In this document: positions 40,030 through 51,206 of the stretch, piece by piece
Position numbering within the stretch: position 1 is the stretch's first letter
Layout: every line of letters starts with the position of its first letter
Assembly (NCBI GenBank): GCA_028023455.1
Contig: JAQFVV010000006.1
Location: forward strand, 7,750,001 to 7,814,000
Direction of reading: 5' to 3'
Length of the DNA: 64,000 nt
Source of the DNA: Epiperipatus broadwayi
Taxonomy: Eukaryota > Animalia > Onychophora
The notes under the pieces: generated by a model
What the model was told of the DNA's origin: nothing
The model's database searches: none
The model's input: only the letters and a program-made list of their open reading frames with translations
Position numbers and translations under genes: made by a program

Positions 40030-40185
40030 ACAATAGATAAGTTTGAAGAACAAGTGAATTCACTTGTCCTTTTAAATCTTTCCTTATGGGTGAGTACATG
40101 TCAATTTGTTAAAACTGCACATGTAAATATTGATTTGCTCTGAAAAATATTACAATAAATAGTGTGATGTATAAAAAAGGTATTT
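40030..40185 (+). repeat. Partner of the 37610 repeat, with a perfect 18-bp palindrome
   Basis: ACAAGTGAATTCACTTGT at 40050-40067. Confidence 0.7.
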
Positions 40186-40242
40186 ATAATAATTATTGTA
40201 ATTATAAATTTATTTAACGCACATTGATTATGTAAGTAATAT

Positions 40243-40532
40243 TTACTAAGGCAATAAACCTCAAATCACGTGTGCCTGAAAATGCGAAGATAGGGATCTC
40301 TACAGGTCTTAACCACAAGCTTACGCCTTGGAAGAAAAGAGGGGAACCCTTCTTGACTTCAACCTACTTCTCAGATCTAACCGCTTCAGCTTCACCTATT
40401 TATATACAAAGTAGGTTGAAGTAAAGAAAGGTTCCCCTCCTTTCTTCCAAGGCATAAGCTTATGGTTAAGACATGTAGAGGTCTCTATCTTTGCATTTTC
40501 ATGATTTGAGGTTTATTGCCTATAATAATTAT
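40243..40532. mobile_element. Family C/F fold-back insertion
   Basis: Arms about 40243-40370 and 40411-40525; the sense part matches 12557-12730. Possible 15-bp TSD with 2 mismatches (40231-40245, 40533-40547). Confidence 0.82.
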
Positions 40533-41146
40533 TGTAAATAATACTTATAATTAAAAAAATCAAATTTGGACCCATAAAAATAATATTTTCTTATAAACTA
40601 TATCAGATACTGTTCATAGCATTAATCTTACAAAACTATATTATAACCATCATGGGTTAAGCTTGAAAAGACTATTATGACTGAAAATAATGATAATGAA
40701 ATTTGGATAACCCTATCCAAGATAAATAAACTAACCAAATTGAGGCTAATATTGCAAATCTTAATTATTCTGATCTTTAGTTTAAATAAAGCCGTATCAA
40801 ATTAAAACTATTTCTAGTAAAAATATTGTTAAAATCAATTTTAGACAAAACTGCAATAAATCACCAATAAATTTAATTAAAAAAATAAGTAAAAAAAAGC
40901 TTTGGTTTACATTAGCTAGAATAACATAATTTGTATTATTTTTATATTTATTAAATAAAAATACACTAAAGTAAGTTTGAAGTAACAAAAATTATCTTTG
41001 GAAATAACTTTTCTATTTGACAATCATAATGTTAAAAAGTGTGCCCATTTTGTGCAAATGGTGTCTATGTACTGACGCTTGCATAATATAATATTCTTAT
41101 CTGTTGAGTACTTCTCACATCTAAAAATAAATATTAAAATATAGTT

Positions 41147-41232
41147 GTTTTTTTTCTCATGTGTCATAGCATCAGCCGGGAAGCAAATCCGCTAACCTGG
41201 AACAATTGTTGCTGATCTCTCAACCCCATTAT
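41147..41232 (-). mobile_element. tRNA-Gly-derived SINE, internally deleted
   Basis: The 3' half (GGTTAGCGGATTTGCTTCCCGGCTGATGCTATGACACATG and A-tail) is intact; the anticodon arm is missing. Confidence 0.8.
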
Positions 41233-42121
41233 ATTACAACTGTCATCAATAATTTCATGATAAACAAAATGTGACAGGCAGTTTCTCCTTGAAGAACTCT
41301 CAAATTGATTTAGGAAGTATGGAACAAGGATAATGCAATCACCTATCATATACATAAATGGATTTGAATCGGGAGCACTTAAACCATTATTAGTTCATAG
41401 GCAATTAACTATCCAATATTTATTGGTTAATGGATATCTATTCTTAAAAAATATTATAGCAAAAATGCAAAAACTTATGAACCCTTACTCATCAGTAAAT
41501 GTTTCTCTCTGTGTTGTTGAAAGACCTTTGCCTTTCCATAAATGTTTTATTGAAAGGTTTTTCAACAGTATCTAAGTAAATTCCTTAACTATATATAATT
41601 TCACATTTTTTTCATTTGATGTAGTAAAATATCTGTCTAGAACTTTAGAACTTTAAGAACAATACTCTGACTTTTTTTAAAATTCATTTTCTCTTATTAT
41701 TATAACTTCAATACAACTATTGTTTATCAAAATTGTAATCTTTTGGCATTCAAACATTTTTTTTTAAAAAAAAAACATTATCATTGCATATTTTTTCTTC
41801 AAAATTCTGAGAAATTAATACATTAATAATTTTCTTTTTTTTTATTATTATAAAATAAATTTGTATTTTCGTAATTTTATTTTTCTTAACTTCCAATTCA
41901 GATTTGTTTGAAAAATCGAATAACTTTTACAGTTGACATTTTTATAATAATCAGTCGATGTATTTGCTATAGCATAATTTAATTTTTATTAACCTTTCAT
42001 ATATAATATTATTTTCTTTTTAATTATATTAATTGTAATAATAGGTCTAATGTGTGTGGGTGGATGACAGAATCGAGCGAAACGAGAGAAGTAAAAAAGA
42101 TAAGTTTTATTAAGCATTTAA

Positions 42122-42910
42122 TCATCAGATTTTCAATAGAATGGACGGCTGAAGAGTTGGAGGGTGGAATGGATTGAAGCCTGTCCATTAAAGTATGAAG
42201 ATTGGCTATCTTAATATAAATCTGAGCACTTATAGTATATATGTATAGAGATGATAATCTGGACCAAGTGACGAGTGCTAGTTTAGCACAAAATACATAT
42301 ATTGGTGATTAGTTATTTTTTGGACATATATGTGGTCAAGTGTATCAGTGGTATGACCTAGTGTGGAGAGTTGAGGGTCGTGTGAAAGTCTGAGTTCAAA
42401 ATACTCTATATATTACATTGTTTGTGCAGGTGTATATATATATATAGCTTGTATGTCGAATATTAAATAGTAGTTTCAATGTCTGCCCAGCCCTCGTATA
42501 TCTACTTAAATGGATTATGTCCTTACATGAGGGGTCAGAGTGACTTATGGTCAATCTGGGTGTGACGAGAATGTCAGCATTAGTGTGGGCTTCGAGTGCT
42601 CCATCATCAGATTTTCAATAGGATGATGGCTGAAGAGTTGGAGGGTAGAGTGAATTGAAGCCTGTGGCTATGTTAATAAAAATCTGAGCACTTATTGTAT
42701 ATATGAGTAGAGATGATAATCTGGACCAACTGACGAGTACTGGTTTAGCACAAATACATATATTGGTGATTATTATTTATCTTTTGGACATATATGTGGT
42801 CAAGTGTATCAGTGGTATGAGATAGTGTGGCGAGTTGAGGGTCGTGTGAAAGTCAGCTCAAAATACCCTATATATTACATTGTTTGTATATATATATCAT
42901 GTATGTTGAA
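42122..42910 (+). mobile_element. Family B head-to-tail partial dimer with two hammerheads, 14-bp TSD
   Basis: TSD TATTAAGCATTTAA (42108-42121, 42911-42924). Units start at about 42122 and 42603. HHR cores at 42268-42274 and 42730-42736 (462 bp apart). Confidence 0.9.
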
Positions 42911-43596
42911 TATTAAGCATTTAAGAAAAAAAAATGTGATCACATCGTCTTGAGATTCAGAGGGAGTTTGACTCTACCTTAGTCTTGGTTCCTATCCACA
43001 AAAGACCTTCAAGAATTACTAAATTTCATTCATAAAAGTATTAAACAAATCTTTGATAATGAAAATATGTATATATAATTTTAAAATGATCAAATAATTA
43101 TGTACTTTAAGAGACATCTTGGGATATAGTGATAAACCTACAAATTTATCATTTACCCCACAAACCTTTCACGTTATTTGTCTAACAAGATAGTGCAAAG
43201 CAAATATACCCATGGGGGGAAAACCCAATTAAATAATAAACTATAAGAGGGTACTAGAACCTGGTTTAAACCCACTACACATTATATAAGCATACACTTA
43301 ACCAACTCTCTTTACAATATTCAAATGAGATCATAGGGGCAAAGACATCAAATAGATAAAATAACAAGAATAGAATAAAATTCAGTCAGATTTAAAGCAA
43401 ATTATGTATAAATTTATTAACAATAAAATATAAAAAAAAATTCAAATTACGACTTGTGAAAAAAAAAAAAAACGTACATTAAATAATATAAATGAATCCA
43501 TATTAAGATAAAAAAGCAATCTTCAAGTAATATTTAGTAAGCTTTAAGAAAAATGGCATTAATAAAATCGCAATGCCTAAATATATCGAATTCATG

Positions 43597-43702
43597 TTTT
43601 TTTTTTTCATGTGTCATAGCATCGGCCGGAAGCGAACCCGCTAACCCGAGACGACTGCTTAGTAAGGTAGTTGTGCTGACCTCTCGACTATCAACGCTTG
43701 AC
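43597..43702 (-). mobile_element. tRNA-Gly-derived SINE (TAC-type, 8-nt loop), 11-bp TSD
   Basis: TSD AATTCATGTTT (43589-43599, 43704-43714); GTCAAGCGTTG start; B-box GGTTCGCTTCC. Confidence 0.88.
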
Positions 43703-43767
43703 TAATTCATGTTTGAATCTCATTATTAAGAAATGAGCAACACTGAAGTAGAAAAGATATCCTTAGA

Positions 43768-43965
43768 ATCATCATCATCATTATTTTCGAGCATTATCGA
43801 TCCATTGCAGAATGAATGTCTGTCTATCCAAGTTTAATGCACCTTCGTCTATCTCTAGTCTATTTTTTTCTGCATCACGCCAGAACACTTCCTTATTAGC
43901 CATCTCACTTGTGATCTCTTTTTAAATCTTTTATAATCTTTTAAAATCTAGTTTAAGATTTCAAT
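43768..43965 (-). mobile_element. RTE-clade LINE 3' end, degenerate
   Basis: Aligns with 3317-3500; (GAT)n tail. Confidence 0.75.
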
Positions 43966-45036
43966 TTTTATATATATGAAAATAGACTCCACTGTTATAA
44001 CTACATTTATAAGTTTATAACTTCACCAAAATATGCTTTAGAAGTTTTAATTGTTATTTTTATATGAAATGAATGTGTGTGTATCTATGTGTCATATATA
44101 TATGAAACAAAAAAATATGCATGTGATGTATGGATGAACAACTACAGCAGTAAGTTTTAAATAGAACATAAACATGTAATACTTAAGAATTACAATTATA
44201 TTATAAATATATATTGTGTTCTATATAGAGTCATGTCAAATTAACACACAAAAGTCAACCCCCCCCCTATCAAGTAATACATGCGACTTTATCTCCTTGT
44301 TATTACATCTATGCGATCAGATAAATAATAAATCCAAATATAAAGCTTATCCAAGTAGTTCAGATATACCTGAAAGTGTAGTCAAATTCTAGTGACATAA
44401 AAGATCCTTTTATGTCTCTCACTTAACATATTTTGGGATATACCAGTAACAATGCATAGCAAACTCTGACTTACCATATGTGCAAATGTTTGTAAGGAAT
44501 TTATCTCCATAAGCAAAATAATAACTACAATATTGAATAAAAAAATATGTTAAAATAAAAAAAAAGAATAAACTTTATGTGAATAAAATAGGAACTCACT
44601 GAACACAAAAGCTATTTATTATAATACCTCTATCACTTCAATACTGTTTGAAATGGCAAGCTAAACCAAAATTATAATACACATATAAAAAAAAAAACTA
44701 CTATTGCTAAAACGATGTAGCAATCCATAACTCATCCAAATGTGAAGAGATTGGTATTTGACATGGATTTGATAATTTTGATAAGAATAATATACCTTTT
44801 AAAAAATATTCTTTCAATGAAGAAGTTTGATAAAATTTCAGATGAAAATTGCAAATTTGCATAATTTGAGGATTTCTCTTGTTTAGGTTTAGCTAAGGAA
44901 ACAAAATAGTGGTCAAAAAATAAAATAAGAAATTGAATTTACAAAAAAATATTTGGTTTATATATCAATTATTAATATAATATTAGTTTTTTTAAACATT
45001 TCGAATGTTAACTAAGTAAAGGTTTATTCTATATAT

Positions 45037-45191
45037 TGTAGCTGAGTGGACTTTCAATTGGTAAAGGCCGATTCTTAGCACTCATGGTGTGGCTGGCTAT
45101 GCTGTGGCATTTAAATGTAGAACACGAATACTCAGCCTCTCCATGAGTGCTACAAACCTGGCTTCACATTACAAAATTGCACTCAGCTACA
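45037..45191. repeat. Short palindromic MITE-like element
   Basis: Two perfect 12-bp inverted blocks (45037-45048 with 45180-45191; 45076-45087 with 45141-45152), with degenerate pairing between them. Confidence 0.6.
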
Positions 45192-45656
45192 CTTAACAAA
45201 ATTAGCATACAGAATAGATCTTTACTTATCTAATATTCAAAACATTTATGCAAATCAATTACAAATAGTATTAAAAGAGGAGAATAATTTGAAAAATAGA
45301 AAATTAGAAAAAATACATTTAAGTATATTTTGAATATTTTTCTTCTCATTTTTTAAGAATACTTTGTAATACATATTTCTATCTATCATAGTTCCAAATG
45401 GATCAGTAAAAGCATGCTTGCTTGATTAGTATTTAGAAGGCAATTGCAGAGGGAAATGGAGTTTTTGCAAAATACTAAAGAATTTATGCAGATAACACAT
45501 ATAAAGAAGTTCATTGTTGCTTACTGATTATAATCAGTCATTCTTTTTAATGATGACAATTCTCTTCTTAAATGTTTTTGTTTAAGATCTCTGTTTATTA
45601 GGGTCAAACCTAAGCATTTTAAAATATATTTCTACTAAATGTATTTCCTTCACTTC

Positions 45657-45769
45657 GTCAAGGGTTGGTGGCCAAGTAGTCAGAACAGCTGCCTTACAAG
45701 CAGTTGTCCCGGGTTTGCGGGTACACTTCCCGGCTAATGCTTTGACACATGAAAAAAAAAGAAAAAAAA
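45657..45769 (+). mobile_element. tRNA-Gly-derived SINE (TAC-loop subfamily)
   Basis: Loop CTTACAA at 45693-45699. TSD-like AAATGTA(T/C)TTCCTTCA at 45637-45652 and 45767-45782. Confidence 0.87.
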
Positions 45770-46132
45770 TGTACTTCCTTCAAATTCTGTACAAGTTGGC
45801 TTTGATGACAATACAATATGACACAAGTATTTTCAGGGTTGTCCAGTGTAACGGCATTGGCAATAGACCCATCTTTAAATAAATTCAGTAAGTTTTGAGC
45901 CATTCATAATAGATGGCACAATATTTTTTTAAGGCATCACTTTCATTTAATTTGAGAAAAATATATTAGAAGTATTTACAATTAATTAAAGTAGAAAGAA
46001 AAAGAAGTCAAGGGTGAAATCTTAATACTTTTTATTACAATTCTGGTAATTTCCACAACTTGTTTACTTCAGAGAAAGCATAAAAGTAGCTATAATTGTG
46101 TCAATTTTAAATTCTGTACAACCATCTATTGA

Positions 46133-46848
46133 ATAATATTATTTATAAAGCGCAAACAGTTTGAAATTAAATTGAAAGGCAAAAACCTTTTGCATGCGCT
46201 TTTTGAATGCTTGTATGACAATCAATCAGATGTAATGATAGTTATCTGAGGAGCTCTCAAATCACAACAGAAGATGGAGATTTTACAAAACAAGGTGATG
46301 CCCACCCTTTTCTTTACTTAACTTTCTATATATATAAGACAGTCTAAAGCATTTTGACTTGACATCATGAAGCTTTAAATATCTTCACATTTAACTCAAT
46401 GAGACAGCTATCATTACATTTGATTGGCTAATTTACAAGCATTCAAAAAGTGCATGCATTAGGTTTCAACCTTTCAATTTAATTTCAAACTGTTTGTGCT
46501 TTATAAATAATATTATTTACATACGTTACTGACAATTTATAACATCTGAAAAACTACTGCATAGTAATTCGTAAGATTTCATGCTGTATATTTATAAATT
46601 AGACTCAGTGAGTTAAATGTGAAGATATTTAAAGCTTCATGCTCTCAAGTCAAAATGCTTTAGACGGGCTTATATATATATATATATAAAGTTAAGTAAA
46701 GAAAATGGTGGGAACCACCTTTTTATTATAAAATCTGTCTTGTGTTATGATTTAAGAGACCCTCAAACAGCTATCATTACATCTGATTGGCTGTTATACA
46801 AGCATTCAAAAAGTGCATGCAAGAGGTTTCAGCCTTTCAATTTAATTT
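46133..46848. mobile_element. Family C/F composite: inverted partial copy plus sense tandem (363-bp period), 14-bp TSD, degenerate hammerhead
   Basis: TSD CAACCATCTATTGA (46119-46132, 46849-46862). Antisense part 46133-46399. acagctatcattaca repeats at 46404 and 46767. acat-CTGAAAA-ACTAC-tgcata-GTAAT-tc-GTAA-GATT-TC-atg at 46542-46583. Confidence 0.85.
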
Positions 46849-47494
46849 CAACCATCTATTGAGATATTTCATTATTTGTTTTTATTAAGTTAATAAATGT
46901 GCTCAATTTTATATTTTAATTTTTTAATTGAAGAATAAACTGAATAACAGCAAAGTTAACATATTTTGAACCCTTCCATGTCTTTGATGGACATAGTCCT
47001 TTGTAATCCATTTCAACATCATTTGTAAGATTACTTCGAGAAAATTCATGATTACTTTTACACACTAATTGTGTAATAATTATTTAAAATCTAAGTATAC
47101 ATTATTACACTATTATTTTATATGTATATGTTTAATTTTTAAAAATAAAATATCATTTCAAGCATAATGTCACCTTATAAAAGGGTGACTAATACATCAT
47201 TGCCAACACTGCTAACTTCAGGCATTAAAACGTTTATTGCATCAATTTTGTTCATAATAAGACATTGTTTTCAAATACCAAAAATAAAGTTACAAAAAAA
47301 GTTAAATAAGATTAACAACATTTGTAGAAAGTTTAAAATAAAAATAAATACAGCTATACTTAAAACAATGGAGAAGAGATAAAATTGTGACTCTTAGTTG
47401 ATCAGGAAGTTATAGAGTAGGTTTGTCCTATTAAATATTTACATATTTGATTCCATAATGATGAAACTAATGTCTAAGATAATAAAATGTGGAT

Positions 47495-47640
47495 TACAGT
47501 GATGGATGGATGAAATAAGGAAGTGTGCAGGGATAATGTGGAGAAGAGAGGCTAAAGATCGGAGATGCTCTGAACTTGGAGAGATCTTGATCCTGCAGTA
47601 AATTGATAATGGTTGAAAATAATGATGATGATAATGATAA
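47495..47640 (+). mobile_element. RTE-clade LINE 3' end fragment
   Basis: WMDEIRKCAGIMWRREAKDRR..ELG..LILQ..DNG* followed by a (GAT)n-like tail. Confidence 0.85.
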
Positions 47641-48636
47641 AACACAAAGATAATTTATAAAATAAATCCAAATATAGAAGAGATACATTTGCTTTCTTCA
47701 TAAAATAATTTCTATTAAAAACATAGCTTCTATAATAAAAAAAGAGCATAGTAATTGGTAGGAAAATATAAATTATACGATTAATATTAATAATCTGATA
47801 TGGTAAAGAAACAATAAATGAAATGAGATTGCTCATTAAGAAAAATATAAAAAGACAAAAGAAGTGGAATGAATTTAAATATACAACAATTGTAAGATAT
47901 ATTGGAAGAATTTGTAAAAGATGACAAAAGGAGCGGGGAGGGAGAATGAAAAACTAAAAAGTGATCAATTAGTTAATATAAATAATAAAGACTTCAAAAA
48001 AGTTATTAAACATTGAAGTGCCTTTTTGAAAAAATGATGATAATGAAATTACAACCTCTTCAAAATCAATTTGTCCACATGTATATAAAATAGTAATCAT
48101 TAAAACTAGTCAACAGTTGGGCAATCCCAATATCAATAACAACCAACAATTTCAAACTGTTGTCAAGGCAATCTCTTTTTAACAATAACAGTATATATAT
48201 AAACATATTTTTGTAATAGAACGTACTTTACAATCCTGACAATTCCATTACAGAAGAGAGTGCACTGGGCGCTAACTAGTTGTGGCATTCAGTTTCATTC
48301 ATGCATGTACTACCATAAAAATCATAATCTTATTAATGTATTGTAAGACATAAACAGCAACTAAAAGTCAAATAGGCAGGGCAAGTGTTTTAATGCCTTT
48401 AAACACATGCCCATTACATATCCACATCTCTTGTAAAAGGTTACAGTCTATTGAAGTGCAAAACCTCTATGCTATCCTTTCATAGCAAAATAATGAAAAA
48501 TATATTGATCACACAGCTTGCCAAATGAAAAGTAATGTCAGCTTGCATGATTTTTTATATTCACTTTAATCAATAATAGTAAGGAAACCACATCATACAT
48601 CACATGACTTAATTGAATAACCTTGTATTTACAAAT

Positions 48637-48908
48637 GTAATATAATGAACGTGCTACTAGCTCTAAACAAGCTTTTTCAATAAATACTACAAGAGTAAGC
48701 ATTTAAAATGTCTATCTAGAATTATTCCTATCCCCAAAATATTTTCAAGCTTGTCAGTGAAAGCCACTAGAAAATTTACTGATGAGAGCCATTAGCTCGA
48801 AACCAGTTTGGTGATAGGGATAATTCTAGATAGTGATTTTAAATGCTTTCTCTTGTGGCATTTATCAAAAAATCATTTTAGAGCTATTAGCATACTCATT
48901 ATATTATA
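48637..48908. mobile_element. Family G fold-back with a hammerhead in the spacer
   Basis: Arms of about 100 bp (about 48637-48738 and 48807-48908). Confidence 0.75.
48768..48830 (+). ncRNA. Type I hammerhead ribozyme, canonical core (family G)
   Basis: CTGATGA 48779-48785; stem II GAGC-catta-GCTC; GAAA 48799-48802; CCAG-T-T (GUU site after 48808). Proximal stem I is weak; distal CTAGAA/TTCTAG. Confidence 0.75.
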
Positions 48909-49414
48909 TATCAGTTTAATCTCTAGCTTCTCATATAAAAGCATAGGAGAGGATTTTATTCCCTGCAAACTTGAAACAAAAATACAAAAGTATAAAACAA
49001 ATTTAGAACTAAAGAAATTAGATGTTGCAGAAATAGGCAATAATAATATTTTTTGTTGGCTAATAAAACATAAATGCCAATTCTCATCAATATTTTATTA
49101 CAATATAAGTCAACAAAACTGTTTGCGCACAAATGTGTAAATCAATAAATAACTACTCACAGAAAAAATGAAAAGCCATTTCATTACTGTACAGTATTTT
49201 GTCCTGCAACAGGGATGTCAGAGTTGACAAGGAAATAACATCAATCTCCTCCTCCAATATATAAACATGGTAACTTAATTTTTTAGTTAAAAATGCATAA
49301 TTATATTCGAATAAAGGGGAGGGGGTATTGACAAACACATATTTACATATATATTACAAATTTCAAATAGGGTGCCAGAGACTGTATCCAATAAAACTAA
49401 TTACTATATATATA

Positions 49415-50286
49415 CCCCTGGGTCTCTTTTTATGCGGACTTATTTAACACAATTTTGAAGTTACACGATTCGTGTTCACCGGAAGTCGATTTCTGATAAT
49501 GCGCTATTACTTTAAATAATAAATTTCGTGCACTTACGTTATATTGAAAGTAATAGCACATTATTGGAATTCGACTTTCATCTTAGTAATTTCAATATTT
49601 TCAGTGCTTTATAATAGTAAGATTTTATGCAATAATGAAATTAAAACCATGATTTCCACATTTTATGTATACACATATTAAATGTTACAAGATTATAATG
49701 TAAATTTGTTCAAACATTGTGCGTGTTAATTTTGCATTTTAAATCACATTCTGTTTTTGCTTTTTAAAAAAGAACATAATCAATTATTATTTTCTTATTA
49801 ATGACATTAATCATTAACGTGCTCTTAAATTCCATCGAGAGCTAAATGGTTGTATGTCTGGATATCGCGAGCTTCGTAAACAATTAATAAAATCATTGTC
49901 TCAAAGATTAATTACTAATTACGTTGTCATCAGAAAATCATAATAATTAAAACGTGTATAAAAAAATGTAAATTACTGTACTGTAAATTATGCATAAAAA
50001 TATATTATTTTGAATAAAATTAAATATTATAGTTAAAAAAAGTTTGTCTTGTATCAATTTTTTTTAAATTTGAAATTTTTTATTAGTCGTATTTTATTTC
50101 CTTATTTTTTTTTTTGCACAAATTTTAAAGTAATTTTACGTTGGTGCTTTGCTTTTACGCGAATTTTGAAAAATCACAGACCGCACTCCCCACCCTTTTC
50201 AATGTAAGTTACGTCTATTTTTGCGCAATTTCGTTTGCGCGTGTTTTCTGAGGAACCTATCCATCTCGTAAAACGAGACCCAGGTG
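49415..50286. mobile_element. Tc1/mariner-pogo (Tigger-like) non-autonomous element
   Basis: TIRs CCCCTGGGTCTCTTTTTATGCG and the reverse complement CACCTGGGTCTCGTTTTACGAG. TA on the left and CA (mutated TA) on the right; CpG-rich interior. Confidence 0.7.
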
Positions 50287-50909
50287 CATATTCATATTAA
50301 TTATTTTAATGAGCATTTAAATAATTTATCAAAGATGTATAATGCTAAAAACATAAAACCTATTTCATGGAATAAACAAGTCAAAATATGTTACTATGAC
50401 AAATTACAAGCAATATCCCAAAGAATCATTTAGATAAAATATAGTCTTTTATCTGAGATATTAGATTGGCTTTGATATAATAAAAAGTGGGCATTTTTTA
50501 CAGGTTTATTTAAATGATTTTTGGGGGGATTTTGTCTATAAATTGTCTTAGCAACATATTGAGACTTGTGCATTCTGGGAAACAGGTTTGTAAATAATTA
50601 TTATATGCAATTATTTAAAATAAAAAGGTGTGAATCACAAATTTCTAATTTAGATATTAAAAGTCATCATGTTATTGCATAAGATCCCGGTTCTAGATCA
50701 AAATACTATATAGTGATAAAACAGTCATTGGGTTTATCTATGCATTAATATAGGTAAGTAGCTATTTATTTACTTACCTGCTTGTGTGTGATCTGATTAA
50801 TTAATGCGGTTACATATATTTAAGCATTAATGCAAGTCTTAAATATATTATTCATATTTGGTTAAAGCTTATTCATTCAGTGTACTGAATTTTTCTGATA
50901 TAAGTAAAT

Positions 50910-51206
50910 AGAGGGATTTGAACTTAGAATTTTTCAGTCTATATTGTCCTCCACTACATATCAACAAACAATACATATAACTACATAATGTGAAATAAAT
51001 AGATTATCTCCAGTATATGTATTTCATGTAGAACAATGTGTGGAAGATTATGACCTGGCCCAACTGATGAGTGCTGGCACAAAATTTATATATTGGGGAT
51101 CATCTACCTTTTCCCCATGTATGTGGTCGGGTCGGTTGTTTGAGATGGTATAGAGGACAAATATAGACTAAAAAATCCTAAGTTTAAATCCATGTGTTTT
51201 ACAATT
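50910..51206. mobile_element. Family B variant fold-back with a hammerhead
   Basis: Arms about 50914-50970 and 51135-51191. cccaa-CTGATGA (51064-51070)-GTGC-tg-GCAC-AAAA-TTTATA-TA-ttggg. Flanking TAAGTAAAT at 50901-50909 and 51207-51215. Confidence 0.78.

Noticed and set aside
42590-42612. Antisense CTGATGA in family B units
   Set aside because: Not conserved in the 24763 or 53490 copies, and there is no valid stem II or GAAA.
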